DNA of 64,000 nucleotides from Octopus vulgaris (Eukaryota), in the NCBI GenBank assembly GCA_951406725.2, contig OX597814.1:77686001-77750000 (forward strand), read 5' to 3'. Positions within the stretch are counted from its first letter, which is position 1. The number at the start of each line of letters is the position of its first letter. Shown piece after piece: positions 50,311 through 63,985 of the stretch. Under the pieces are notes generated by a model. The model was not told the origin of the DNA, did not search any database, and worked only from the letters and a program-made list of their open reading frames with translations. The translations under genes were made by a program, and so were the position numbers.

Positions 50311-53300
50311 CAGGGGCGTGCACTCTCAGCAATGCAAGGTATGCGCTGCATGCCTTCTTTGTTTGAAAGAAAATACGTCCAGTTGTTTTAGAAATATTGT
50401 CTCCACTTCGTACATCTGCTTTGATAAATGCTTTTAGAAGATCGCATGATACACACTCCCTCTCTGTCTGTATTAGTTTGTCCTTCCTTCCCCTCTCTCT
50501 CTCTATCTTAGTGACTCGATAAATTTATCGCTTGTCATGCGTTGAGAAGACAGCATGAGTTCCCTTCTCTCTGTCTTTGATAGTTTGTCCCTTCTTCCTC
50601 TTTCTTTGTTTAAAAGATATGCTACGAGAAATGGTCACCCCTTTCTCTCTCAACGATTCGACAAATTCAGTTTGGCGTGTCATGCTGTTCTAAGATCGCA
50701 TATCACGCTTCTCTGGCTATTTTGACCGGAACAAGAGCCGTCCCATAATTCTTGTTTTAGCCAGCTGAAATGTTGGAATAGCCTTCGCTTGTAAGTAAGA
50801 AATTTTTTATCCAAAACATCCGTTTGCACTATCATATTTTTAGAAAGTTTTGAAAGCAAAAATATCTATATTATATTTCTTATTTCAGAAATAGCTAATT
50901 AATCTTAAATTAATTTAACAAAGGGTATTTTTCCGTTTTGTTGAAATTGACTTAAAATTTACGCCGGCGCTTCCACGTGGGTCCTTAAATAAGAGCAGCC
51001 TTTTTTAAAATGAGTGAAATGTGTGCTATAAACGATATTTTGAGAACTAGTTTTTCTAAAAGGGACTTCGATGGGAAAAAATTAATTATAAATCGTGGCA
51101 GACCAACACCGAATTTACCTAATTTGCGAAGCTACAACAAGAAATTCACGAGACAATTTCAGGTTAATTCGTATGAAAAGAAGAAATGGTTAACTGGAAG
51201 TGTTGCTCTTAATAAATTATTCTGTTGGCCGTGTTTACTTTTTGGCTTAGAAAAAAATGTTTGGAATGATAAAGGCTATGATGATTTAAATAATTTACAT
51301 ATGGCTATGCTAAAGCACGAGCGTTCTCAAAGGCATATAAAATGTTTGATAGACCTTAAAATATTCGGGAATGTTCGCATAGACTTACAATTAGATGCAC
51401 GTAAAAATCAAAGCATACAACAGCATAATGAGAAAGTTCGACGAAACAGATCCATTCTGCAACGATTGATCGATGTTGTTATTTTTTTAGACCTCCAGGA
51501 ATTATCGTTTCGGGGTCATTTTGAATCTGAAGGCTCTAATAATCGGGGAAATTATAAAGAACTCGTTTATTTGATCAGTAAATATGACAAACATATGGAA
51601 TGTCATTTAGATACTGCTTCTATCTTCACTGGTCTGTCGAACAGAATTCAAAATGACTTGATCGAAGCAATTCATAAAGTTATGTTGAATGAGATGCAGA
51701 AGGAAATTGACCAAGCTAAGTTTGTTTCTATTCTTGTTGATGAGACATCTGATGTCTCAGCATCTTCACAACTGTCAACAGTTTTACGTTATGTTACAGA
51801 AGACTGTGTGACGAAAGAACGATTTATCGGTTTTAGTGATGTTAGTGAAGATCGATCTGCAAATGCTTTATCTGAACATGTTTTTAAATGCATTGAGACG
51901 TGGGAATGTGGAAACAAATTGATTGCGCAGACATATGATGGTGCCGCTACAATGGCAGGACAACTAAATGGGTTACAGGCAAAAGTAAGAAAGAAATATG
52001 AATGTGCGATCTTTATTCATTGTTGTGCCCATATCCTAAATTTAGTTCTTTCACAATCATGCTCTGCTATGAAAGAATGCAAGATATTTTTTCTACAATA
52101 AACGGACTCGGTACATTTTTTACGAAATCACCGAAAAGGACTAATGCATTAGATAATATTGTTAAAAAAAGATTTCCGAAAGCAACAGCAACTAGATGGA
52201 ATTACTCCTCACGTCTTATTATTACCACAAAGGAAAATTATAATTTCATAATCAGCCTTTTTGAACACATCATTGAAAATCCTGAAGCATGGGATGATAC
52301 CACCATAAATTCAGCAATTGGATTCTTACACACTTTAAAAGCTCCTGATTTCTTATTTTTGTTAGAGGTATTCAGTGACATTTTTTCTTTTACTGACGTC
52401 TTATTTAACATACTCCAGAGTAAAAGTCATGACATAGTGTATTGTAAACAGCAAATAGATAACTAGAACTGTACTCAAAAACAAACTTGATAATTTTTCA
52501 GTCTTTTATGATAGGTTAGGGGAAAAATATGGAGTCGATGCAGGAATCGGAATTCAGAGATCCAAGAATATATCTATTGATCCCCAACGACATTATAGAA
52601 CGCTTTATAACAAAATTATAAGTACAATAGTTGACCAAATAAAAGCACGATATTCATCCTTAGAACAGTTTAAATTCATGGAACTTTTGAATTTCAACAA
52701 AGTTGATGAGTATTGCAAACAATTTCCTGTGGACTCTTTAGATTCTTTAAGAACAACTTATGGCAGATTTTTTGATGTAATACGATTACAAAGTGAGCTC
52801 AATGTGATGTATTCAATGAAAGATTTTAAAAAACCAAGTGTAAGTCATTTAATGAGTTACATTAACAGCACTGATCTTGTTGAAGCTATGCCAGAACTCT
52901 TCAATCTGTGCAAGTTGATTTTGACAATTCCGTCTACCACTGCTTCTGTAGAGCGATCCTTTTCTGCATTAAGTAGAATTAAAACATACCAAAGAAATGC
53001 GACAGGAGAAAGAAGACTGTCTGGGTTAGCACTAATGTCAATTGAAAAAGATTTATTACAAGAATTGATGAAAGGAGATTTCTATGAAAATGTGATGGAT
53101 ATATTTGCCCAGAAAGATCGAAGAATTGAATTAATTTATAAATGAGCTAAGTAACATTTTAAAACATTAAAAAAAAATATATATTAAAGAGCATATATTA
53201 CAGGTTTTGCTTAGTGTATGTTATAACGTAAGGTTCGACCTTCTTACATCAGTATTGTTTTGATTTCTTCGTGAAACCTAACCTACATAGATTTCCCTTT

Positions 53301-54084
53301 CTGTGCTGCTGGGTGTAGTCTATTTACGGCCGTAAATAAGTGTTTTGTTTCACTTTCAATAAGTGTCTTGTTTCAATCTCAGAGATGTTGATTTCTGCCA
53401 CAACAGTTTTGGGAGGCTTTTTACAATGTTGAATTTTCGCTGTCTTTCATTGTGTGCGTATTCATGTATATGCGTGTATTTTCAATGTTTGTGCGTGAGA
53501 CGTAGTCCTTTAATGTACGGAGTTCAGTAAGTCTCAGAACAGTCAATAATTTTCCCGGAATTGACAAGTAGCATGATAAAGAACCTGACTTGTCTTCGAG
53601 AGCGTAACGATCTAAAACCATGGCCATATAATGTAACTAAATGTGTCCTTTTAATTAAATCATTTCATCCAGCTCAACCGATAGGTATAGGGGCTAATGC
53701 AGAATCGCACCCCTTTGAAAAACGAATTTATGTGAAAATATTTTTTCGGATTCCTACCTTTAACAGAGATTCTGAATATGCAAAAATATTGACAGAATCC
53801 AATTTCATCTTTATTACATTTCACTTATGATTTTTAGACTTTTCTAAGGGAGAATGAGGATGGGAAAGTACTGACGTTTCGAAGAGCAAAGAATAATACA
53901 AACAATACACTTATTTCAGGATCATCTCTGCACAGCCATTTTTTATTCCCTGTTTATTCTGCATATTCAGAATCTCTTATATGTAAATCGTAGGAATACG
54001 AAAATGTCTTACTGAAAAATTGCCGGGGGGGGGGGGAATGAAATTAATTGCATGCCCAACGCCGGAAGTCACCGCACGCCACTG
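50311..54084 (+). mobile_element. hAT transposon (Tip100/ZMYM1-like), full length
   Basis: 11-bp TIRs CAG(G/T)GGCGTGC and a perfect 8-bp TSD GTATGCAT (50303-50310, 54085-54092). Confidence 0.93.
51010..53145 (+). pseudogene. hAT transposase of about 710 aa with two frameshifts
   Basis: TTF-type finger (LFCWPCLLF...KHERSQRH), LSFRGH...NRGNY.EL, ILVDETSDVS, QTYDGA, IHCCAH.LNL, TRWN and TTASVERSFSAL.RIK. Frameshifts lie near 52090 and 52462. Confidence 0.9.
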
Positions 54085-54092
54085 GTATGCAT

Positions 54093-54480
54093 GACTGTAT
54101 GGTAAGAAGTTGTTTCCCAACCACATGGTTTCAAGTTCGGTTCCATTGTGTGGCACCAAGTGTCTTCAACTATAGCCTCAGGCTAACCAAAGCCTTGTGA
54201 GTGGATTTGGTAGACAGTGACTGAAAGAAGCCCATCGTAAATATATATGTGTATATATCTCTGTGTATGAGTCTGTCTTTGTCTCTCCACCACCATCACT
54301 TGACAACCGATGCTGGTGTGTTTAGGTTCCAGTAACTTAGCGGTTTGGCAAAAGAGACGAAAAAATAAGTATTAGGCTTAAAAAGAATAAGTTCTGGGGT
54401 CAATTTCTTTGACCAAAACCCTTTAAGGTGGTGCTCCAGCAAGGCTGCAGTCACATGACTGAAACAAGTAAAGTAAAAGA
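54093..54480 (+). mobile_element. SINE family A, with the hAT inserted at its 5' end
   Basis: Homologous to the other family-A copies. Confidence 0.8.
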
Positions 54481-55340
54481 ATATTGACTTAAGATGTTTC
54501 ATGATAATACTATTTCATTTTGTTAATATTATTTTTCACTAAATTTGAAATTTTTACCTTTCAAATATGGTGATTGTATTTTTTTTTTCAGTGATTTCAA
54601 TTAATTTTTTATTTGAACATAGATTTTCAGTTTTGTTTAGTCAACACTCAACAGGCCAAGAATGATATAAACCAAAAAAAAAAAAAAAAATAGGGGCCAT
54701 GGCAGAAAAAATGTTGCTCGTCACTCTCATTGCACATTCAGATCCAACATCTTACCAACTTATCATGAATCTGTCCTTTTCTTCTGAAAAAATACTCACC
54801 AGAATGTAAATGTTTATCCCTACTTAGTCTTATAAATCACATATATATGCGACTTCAATTATTACATGCAGTTTGATTTATGCTGATGCAGACTACCACA
54901 TGCCTATCAATTCCAAGAAAAAGGATATAGGTGACTGATTTGATTCTTGTATAATGCTAACATTTGGGTGATTTTTCTGAGATGTGCAGCTTTTGTGTCA
55001 CTCGATTCATGAAATAAATACCTCAAATAATTGCATTTCCCCTTAATACATTTGATAATTGACAAGTTTAACATTTGAGAAAATACAGTTTTCCACCTCA
55101 GACATGAAATCTTAATCATTTTAAGGCATTTCTTTCTCACTAAAATTTATTTTGAATTCATCCCTGTTGCTGACAACTTTGTGTGAATGTGTATTGAAAA
55201 AATATTCAAATAAATCCTTATAGAACTTTAATAATCATGTTTAAGATTCTCAGTAAAAATTTTAATACTCAACATTTGATTGCCAAAGCAGGTCATGAAA
55301 GCTTGACCTAACACTGGTCTTCATATTTATGAAAAAAACC

Positions 55341-56513
55341 CATCATCATCATCGTTTAATGTCCATTTTCCATGCTGGCATGGGTTGGACAGTTTGACTG
55401 AGGTCTGGAAAGCCAGCGGTGGTACCAGGGTCTAATCTGATCTAGCAATGTTTCAACAGCTGGATGCCCTTCTTAACACCAACCACTCCAAGAGTGTAGT
55501 GGATGCTTTTTACGTGTCACTGGCACAGGAGTCAGCCGGGTGAGCCTGGCATCGATCATGTTCAGATAGTGCTTTTTATGTGCCACCAGCACGGGAGCCA
55601 GTCATGGGGCACTGGCATTGGCCACATTTGGATAGTGCTTTTTATGTGCCACTGGCATGGGAGCCAGTCAGGGAGCACTGACATCGGCCACGTTTGGATG
55701 ATGCATTTTATGTGCCACCGGAATAGGGGCCAGTCAGGGGACACTAGCCACAGCTATGATTTTGGTTTTGGTTTTACTTGATTCAACAGGTCTTCTCAAG
55801 CATATCAAATCACTTGATGCATCAAGGGTACTTTTATACAGGCTGGATATGCAACACTGGCATTGGCCATGGCTGTGATCTCGCCTTAGTTACTGGGTCT
55901 TCTCAATCACAGCATATCTCCAAAGGTCTCGGTCTCCTGTCACTGTCTCTGTGAGGCCCAATATTCGAAGGTCATGCTTCACCACCTCATCCGATGTCTT
56001 CTTGGGTTTACCTCTTCCACAGGTTCCTTCCTCAGTTAGGATGTGGCACTTCCTCACACAGCTGTCCTCATCCATACGTAACACATGACCATACAAGTGC
56101 AGTCATCTCTCTTGCACATCACATCTGATGCTTCTTATGTCCAACTTTTCTCTTAGGGTACTTATACTATGTCATGTATGCATACTGACATTACACACCC
56201 AGCGGATCATACTAGCTTCATTTCTTTCAAGCCTACGTATGTCCTCAGCAGTCATGGCCTATGTTTCACTGCTGTGTAGCATGGCAGTTCACACACATGT
56301 ATCATACAGTCTACCTTTCAGCCTGAGCGAGAGCCCCTTAGTTGCCAGCAGAGGTAGGAGCTCCCTGAACTTTGCCCACGTTATTCTTATTCTAGCCACT
56401 ACATTCTCGGAGCAACCACCCTAACTACAGATTTGGTCACCTAGGTAGCAGAAGCTATCACCTACTTCCAGTTTTTTACCCTGGCATGTAATAGAATCTG
56501 TTTTCTGTACATC
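55341..56513 (-). mobile_element. Older RTE LINE copy
   Basis: Homologous to 43611-46392 (YGHVLRMDED...GTCGRGKPKKT), with a single diverged 3' UTR and a (GAT)n tail. Confidence 0.85.
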
Positions 56514-56934
56514 TTATGCGTTAATATTAGGATTTGATTAACTTTCATAATTTTTCTGATTTTATTGTAAATTTTGTCTGTTCAACAAACATGAATGTCA
56601 TATTTTTCTATCATAAAAATATTAATAAAAATTTCATTCTTGTATTTGGTTTGCAAGATTCTTGATGTGAGCTTGTATGTTGAAACACATTTCATTATAT
56701 CTCCAGAGGGTCATTATGTCAACAATAAATACATGCACTAGTTCTATTTTATTTCTTTTATTATTCATTAATTGGTTAAATATTTAACCAATTAACAAAT
56801 AATAATGAAGTGAAATTGAACCACTGCATGTGTTTATTGTTGGTTTAATGACCCTCCTGAAATGCAACAAAATATTAATAAAAACAAAGACATCTGAAAC
56901 ATCTTCCAATTACAAAAATAATACTTCCAAATCT

Positions 56935-57275
56935 GGTTTTTTCACTACCATGAAGTGTTTAGTGAAACAGCCCCACCCCTATTTTTTAAAGTCTAATACT
57001 TATTCTATCGATATCTTTTGCTGGACCACTAATTTATGGGGACATAAAAAAAACCAACACCAGTTGTTAAGCACTGAAGAAAGGTGCAAGCAAAAACACA
57101 CACACACATATATATGCAGTGGGCTTCAACTCAGTTTCCATCTACCAAATTAATTTACAAAGCATTGGTTGGCTCATGGCTAGAGTAGAAGTTACTTGCC
57201 TGAGATACTGCATAGTGGGACTGAACCTGAAACTGCAAAGCTAGCTTCTTGGCCACACAGCCAAGCCTGCACCTA
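56935..57275 (-). mobile_element. SINE family A, diverged
   Basis: Homology judged by eye. Confidence 0.65.
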
Positions 57276-57299
57276 CAAATATTTAAAACTTTCAATGAA

Positions 57300-58120
57300 A
57301 TAACAGTTGACTTCAATACACTTTTTTGTATCACTTGAACAGCTGTTCAAGGCCAAGTAAATAAAATCATTTTTCATGTTCAGCCAATCAGTAGTTCTTC
57401 ATTGCTTTTCAAATTTAGGGACGGGTGAAAACCATAGGGAACAAAGTCTGATGAACTTGGTGGGTAAAGTAGCTCTTCTTTGACAGTTGACTTGTGCAGA
57501 CTGGTACATTGTTATGAAGGAGGACACTCAACGTTAGTGCTTTGTTTTGAATCAGTCTCACAGCTACCATAGCAAAGCAGCATTAGAAATACCTGCAACT
57601 GTAGTCTTATGTGGCATGTTGTCAATTCACATACACTCAGAGATGTTGAAGGTTAAGCACATTCTTTGTTGTGCTGAACTGAACTTTTTCAGTGGCAGAA
57701 AATCTTTGTTTCCACTATTTAGATTGATCTTTTATCTTATGGTCAAAGTGGTAGAGTCATGTCTCCTCTCTGGTTTTCAAATACCACTTAAACAGATCCC
57801 AATTCTCATGCATGAGCTTATGTAGTTTCTCAAGACATCACACCTTGTTGTCCTTCATTTCCTGAGTCATTATATATCATTTCTTGATATATAATAAGCA
57901 GACTACTTTGACACCTTCAAATGTTCAGAAATGATTTGATCAACCATTGCTAAACTCCCAGGCACTATTTCACATGTCACCACTCATTGATCTTGATAAA
58001 ACACTCAGCAGCAATAATCTTTTCCTCAGAAAATGCTTCCACAAGTTGTTCTGACTGTGGTTCATTTTCAAATTAGGGTTAGAGTTAGGGTTTTTCAAAG
58101 GATATTCTTCTTTGATGACA
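57300..58120 (-). mobile_element. Decayed mariner relic
   Basis: The minus strand shows traces LLHNNVP and PPSSSDFVP of the HDNA and PYSPDLAP motifs. Confidence 0.45.
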
Positions 58121-61006
58121 TTCAACAAACCAACATATAGCAGTTGCAATGAAGGATATCTTCATGGTAAACATTTAGGTTTCAATATAGTTATGAACAA
58201 ACAGACAGCCTCTCAACCTTACCTCAGCATAACATCCAGCAGGATGGAGGGCTGCACCAACTCTGAGCTGGTACTTTATTTACTGACAGTTAATTGACCT
58301 GTCAGATTTGAACTGAGAGCACAGAGAAGCGAAATGAACTGCAATACATTCTATCATATGCTTTATAATGATTGTCAATTGACTACCTTATAACATATTA
58401 TAAAAATGGGAATAAATAGAAAATTGTGATCACTGTTAAAAGAGATCATAGTCAGGTTCAACTTATGACAGTAATAAAATATTTCTGCTCTTATCTACTT
58501 GTGAATGTATAGAAACTATGGGACACTGCTCTGTCTGCTCTCTGCGAAACCCATGCAGCTCAAAAAAGACTAGTGAACTCCAAGAGAAATGCAATAACTG
58601 TGTAGTGAGGTGGGAAAATTGGTATATGACACCTCTGTCTATACAAAGTTTCTGGTCATCTTAAAAGCTCATATAAGAACTACCCTTAAGTACTGCTTAT
58701 TTGGAACTGTGTTGCTGATTACCATACACTATCTTGATCACATCCCAAAGAAAACAATTCTGGTGATGGGCCAATATTCATCCAACCCCTATCTTACAAA
58801 TGTGTTGTCATCCCTACGTGTTCATTTGATTTACAACAAATAGTAGCTACATCCTCTTCAAACTACATCTTCACGTCTTAAAAAGGAAAGATCGGATAAT
58901 TCCGTCCTAAATATACAATTCTTGAAAATACTAGGGTGGTCATGGCAAAGCTAAATAACAAAAAGAACAACAGTTGCAATAACAAGAACGGTTTCTACTC
59001 CTGAAAACTAACAAGTTAATAGAAACCATTTTCTCTTTGTCATACTTACTATGTACCAATTCCTAGATATCCTATACTAAATTTACATAACCATTTCTGC
59101 AAGGTCTCAAGTGATAGTCAATTTCGCCTGGAATTAAATTGGAAATTAAGAGACGTGTGTTTTCTAACTGAACGAATCATGTCTTAATACATTTTATCCC
59201 CTACCCCGCTCAGATTTGTTTTTGTTGTAAGCGTTATCGCATTAAGATCGATAGTTTTCTCATAAATGTTCAATGTGACATAAATACTTTTTAAATGTTT
59301 TTTACTATAATTCCATATTTACTGAAAGTTTTAATATAACGTTTTTCTGCATTTCAAATCAGCAGAAACTTGAGTATATATTAAAGCAATTAAAAATAAA
59401 TAAATGCCTCTTCAATAACATAAGCGGTCGTTGCGTTGTTACAACTTGTTTACAATATGACAACTTTTTTTTCAAGGGAGAATGCGTTGTACTTTAGTAA
59501 TCACTATAAAAGTTGATAAATCAAACGACTTCATTGCTTTTATGTTCAAATAATTTATAAGTATTGAAAGAAACAAACATATCTTCTCTAAGTGTGATGC
59601 TGATACTTTTGTTCGTGTATTATTTAACACTGATGATGTAAACATGTCTCAGTTTACGAAAAAAGGAAAGAAACATTTCATAAGAGAAGTAAGAAAAATA
59701 TTGCCTTTTTCCTTAAAAATAGAATTAAATTAGGCGATGCCTTAAATTAAATAATTGACATATATACAAAATTATTTCACCTGATTTAGTGTAGAATGCT
59801 TTGAGCGAGTATGTAAAAATATGCCGGTCGCAGTTTACGCTTAATTAATAGTACAAATAAATAATATTTTTTCAGTGGAAATCAAAGGCTATGTCAGTGA
59901 GCGAATATGCAAACAACAGTATACGAATATACAAAGTTTATAGTTTGATTAGTGACTACAACGTATAAAACAATGTTGAAAAATTCCCTACATAGCAATA
60001 AAAAGACTTTCGATGCTTCAACTTGCCCATTCGTGTGTGTTTGTGAGCGACTGTGTTCCTTGGTTTTATTTGTATTCCCCACTCCTAAATGCCGTAAAAA
60101 TAGTTTGTAGTGTACAGTAGGTTTTTTTCTCAGATTTAATTTAGGATAAATAACTGGAGTGAGAGTTACTATAGCAAGCTGAAATGTTTCAAAATCAATA
60201 CCTCGATGATCTGAAAGAGAATTGGAAAGAAAAAAAAAAAGATAATTGATAGAACATACTTGTGGGTAGGGAACCTCTTGTAGATAAAGTCTCTAAAAAC
60301 CTATAAAAATCGTTTTAAGTCTTATTATCAAAATAGCAACTTAATATAAGCTTCATACATATGAGTTTGTAGCATTAAAGATTCGTTGCACAGACGCGCC
60401 CCTACATGTTCTAATGCACTTGCAACTCGTCTCTGGTAATAAAAACAGTTCATCTTTGGTTTATGACAATTAAGATATACTATAAGACTACAAAGATAGC
60501 ATTCATATATAATATGTGAAAAGAAAGTTTTTCGCGGGTTAAAAGATGCAAGTACTGTTTTTTAAGATGTAAACCACATTTGTCACGAGAGAAATTTGTG
60601 AAATAAATATCGATTGAGAGAAAGGGCTAAGTAGTATTGAAGTAAGCCACACTACATAGGGAATAACTAAAACTGCTGTAACTGCCAATAGAACTCCCAG
60701 ATTATAACCTTGTGTTCTGTGGGAAGACAGTAATCTTAGTGTTTCGAGAAACTCCTTTGTGGGAGCATCGACTGTGAAAGAGATCTTGCATGGCTACTTT
60801 TAGGCCTCGAGAGTCTGAGTCCCTCCCCCCATAATTCAAGAAGGCTGTGAAATGTTTTTTGGTCAAGGGAGGGGCCTGCCTTGGTTCTCTGTCCCGTATT
60901 GACGTACCAGCTGAACTCCTTCTCTTATAGGCTGTGTGTAGGGGGTGAACAACACCATACAATGCCTACTAAATAGTTTTTGGAAAACATTATCTTTATT
61001 TTTCTA

Positions 61007-61700
61007 AGACGGTGAGCTGGCAGAATCATTAACACGAGCAGCCAAAATGCTTAACGGCATTTCTTCTGGCTCTATATATTCTATGTTCTAATTCTGCTGT
61101 GGTTGATTTTGCCTCTCATCCTTTTGGGATCAATGAAATAAGTACCAGTTGAGCACTGAAGTCAATGTAATTGACTAGCTCTATCCCTCAAAATTTCAGG
61201 CTTTGTGCCTATAGTAGAAAGGATTGTTATTATTATTATTATTATTATTGAGGTGTTGAGCTGGCAGAATTATTAGCATGCCAGACAAATGCTTAGCTAC
61301 ATTTCATCTGGTTCTATGTTCTGAATTCAAATTTCACTGAAGTTTACTTTGCCTTTCATCCTTTTGGTAAGTCAATAAAATAAGTAACAGTTTATCACTG
61401 GGGTCGATGTAATCAACTTAACTGGTCCCCTGAAATTCCTGGCCTTGTGCAAAAATTTGAAACCCTTGTTATCACCAAAAAGATGGCGAGCTGGCAGAAT
61501 TGTTAGCATGCCTGGTAAAATGCTCAGCAGTATTTCGTACATGTTTATGTTCTGAGTTGAAATTCCACCAAAGTCATCTTTGCCTGTCATCCTTTCGGGG
61601 TCGATAATTTAAGCACTAGTCAAATACTAGGGTCGATGTAATCGACTTTCCCCCACCTGCAAAAAATTTCAGGCATAGTACCTATAGTAGAACGGATTAA
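61007..61700 (+). mobile_element. Three tandem SINE family B copies
   Basis: Heads (G)GTGAGCTGGCAGAAT occur at about 61010, 61252 and 61484, each with the CCTTTCATCC core. (ATT)n tails follow copies 1 and 3. Confidence 0.85.
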
Positions 61701-62122
61701 TATTATTATTATTATTATTAGTATTATGTTATTATTATTATTGTTGTTGTTGTTGTAGTCTGGCTCTGACATATCTGTTGATTCGGAGGATGTGAATAAA
61801 CTTTTTAAACAGAAACAAAGTCCAAAATGGTTACATGAGGATGAAACGGATACAGGTAATATATATTTTGTCTTTCATGCTTATTATTTTCCTTAATATT
61901 GCACACCTGATGTCATGCTCCTCATCAGTTGAACACACTTCAATTTACTTTACTTACTATATCATACATATAATGCAGTGGCATACCTTGGACACTGACA
62001 CAATGTATTGAACATTATAATAAATATAAACATTGTTTTGTTAAATAATGTCAAATATTTCATTGATTGTATTACAAAGAAGAGCTGAAAACGTGAAACA
62101 GAAATAGTGTTGAAATAACTAA

Positions 62123-62568
62123 CACTATGTAACAATATTAATATCTAGAAATCAAAAGAAATTACTACTATTCCCTTCAAACTTTGTTTTTGTGACCTAG
62201 ACATCTGTGTTTTGAAACTGACCTATTTTACATTATATTTCAGACAGATTCAGTGCTAAGTTGCTGAAGCAGAAATATCATTAGAGCAAATATTCTGCTC
62301 AGTACTACAGATTTGCTTGTCAGTTGCTTGACCTCATCCCTTAGTATGAACATGTCTCTTAGTGGCTGTCAATATGTGTATCTCTGGTCAAGAGCAGGAG
62401 TAGTGGGGTTGCATCATAGCCATGTGTTGAGAGGGACTCTTTGGGGTTTGAATAAATGTAACAAAAGTAAAGTTTCAAGGAAGTATTAGCTATTTTTCAT
62501 ATTTTCTAGGAGTAAGCAAATGGGAAATAACAGTTGCTATCCAAGGACAAAAATCGTGTTACACGGTG
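62123..62568. mobile_element. Non-autonomous DNA transposon, sister of 6580-7052
   Basis: The ends are CACTATGTAAC / GTTACACGGTG, with internal homology to 6580-7052. Confidence 0.65.
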
Positions 62569-62822
62569 TAATACATTCCTGTTAAAAAAAGTATCAGCCT
62601 TATCATATGCAATATTTCAAAGAAATATAGAATGAAGAAATACAATACTAGCTTTCCTCTGCTAATTATTGTCAATATAATGATCTGCATATAATTTCCA
62701 AAAATTCTCTTCTGGTGTGGCAATATAAAAGATTCTGTGACAGACTAAATCTAATTCAACTGCAGGCATTGCAACGAACATCTTAAATGTAATAATAGAC
62801 AGCAAACAAATTAAAAATAGAT

Positions 62823-62985
62823 CAGGCACAGGAGTGGCTGTGTGGTAAGAAGTTTGCCTACCAATAACATATGTTGGGTTCAGTTCCACCCTGTGGCACC
62901 TTGGCCAAGTGTCTTCTACTTTAGCCTTGGGCTGACCAATGCCTTGTGAGTGAATTTGGTTGATGGAAACTGGAAGAAGTCTGTT

Positions 62986-63034
<49 letters not shown>

Positions 63035-63043
63035 GTATATATA
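62823..63043 (+). mobile_element. SINE family A, 5' half, interrupted in its microsatellite by RTE ends
   Basis: The head AGGCACAGGAGTGGCTGTGTGGTAAG runs into (TG)(TA)n. Confidence 0.8.
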
Positions 63044-63710
63044 TCATCATCATCATCGTTTAACGTCCGCTTTCCATGCCAGCATGGGTTGGACGGTTCA
63101 ACTGGGGTCTGGCAAGCCCGAAGGCTGCACCAGGCCAGTCAGATCTGGCAGTGTTTCTACAGCTGGATGCCCTTCCTAATGCCAACCACTCCGAGAGTGT
63201 AGTGGGTGATTTTATGTGCCACCGACACAGGTGCCAGACGAGGCTGGCAGATGGCCATGCTCGGATGGTGTTTTTTATGTGCCACCGACACAGGTGCCAG
63301 ACGAGGCTGGCAGACGGCCACGCTCGGATGGTGTTTTTTATGTGCCACCGACACAGGTGCCAGATGAGGCTGGCAGGCAGCCACGCTCGGATGGTGTTTT
63401 CTTATGTGCCACCGACACAGGTGCCAGACGAGGCTGGCGAATGGCCATGCTCGGATGGTGTTTGTTAGGTGCCCACAGCACGGAGGCCAGTCGATCCGGT
63501 ACTGGCTATGGTCACGTTCGGATGGTTTTCTTATGTACCACCGGCACTGGTACCACAAGGATACAAATTCCATTGATGTTCATCTATTTTGATTTGGTTT
63601 GATTTGATTTGATTTTCACTTGCTTCAACAGGTCTTCACAAGTGTCACAAGAAGGAAGGTATGCACAGGTGGACTGACTACGTTCCAGGTAGGGGCCACG
63701 GGTTATGGCT
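63044..63710 (-). mobile_element. RTE 3' UTR fragment
   Basis: Near-identical to 43611-44177, with the (GAT)n tail at the left. Confidence 0.9.
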
Positions 63711-63985
63711 TCACAGCCTCGTCTGGCACCTGTGTCGGTGGCACATAAAAACACCATCCGTGCGTGGCCGTTCGCCAGCCTCGTCTGGCACCTGTGTCGG
63801 TGGCACATAAAATCACCCACTACACTCTCGGAGTGGTTGGCGTTAGGAAGGGCATCCAGCTGTAGAAACACTGCCAGATCTGACTGGCCTGGTGCAGCCT
63901 TCGGGCTCCCCAGACCCCAGTTGAACCGTCCAACCCATGCTAGCATGGAAAGCGGACGTTAAATGATGATGATGATGATGATGAT
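63711..63985 (+). mobile_element. RTE 3' UTR fragment in the opposite orientation
   Basis: Reverse complement of 43611-43880, with the (GAT)n tail at the right. Confidence 0.9.

Noticed and set aside
54700-55200. Coding-like minus-strand stretch with splice-like signals
   Set aside because: The one coding-like frame I translated has multiple stops, and the listed 77-aa ORF has no recognisable motif.
58074-58092. TTAGGG-like repeats
   Set aside because: Only 2-3 imperfect units inside a transposon relic.
59625-59685. CTGATGA...GTAAAC/GTTTAC...GAAA hammerhead-like string
   Set aside because: There is an extra base before stem II, and neither stem I nor a proper stem III forms.
59992-60030. 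Minus-strand MGKLKHRKSFYCY as the first exon of the transporter
   Set aside because: The donor is weak, and its phase-0 end is incompatible with the phase-1 exon at 12624.
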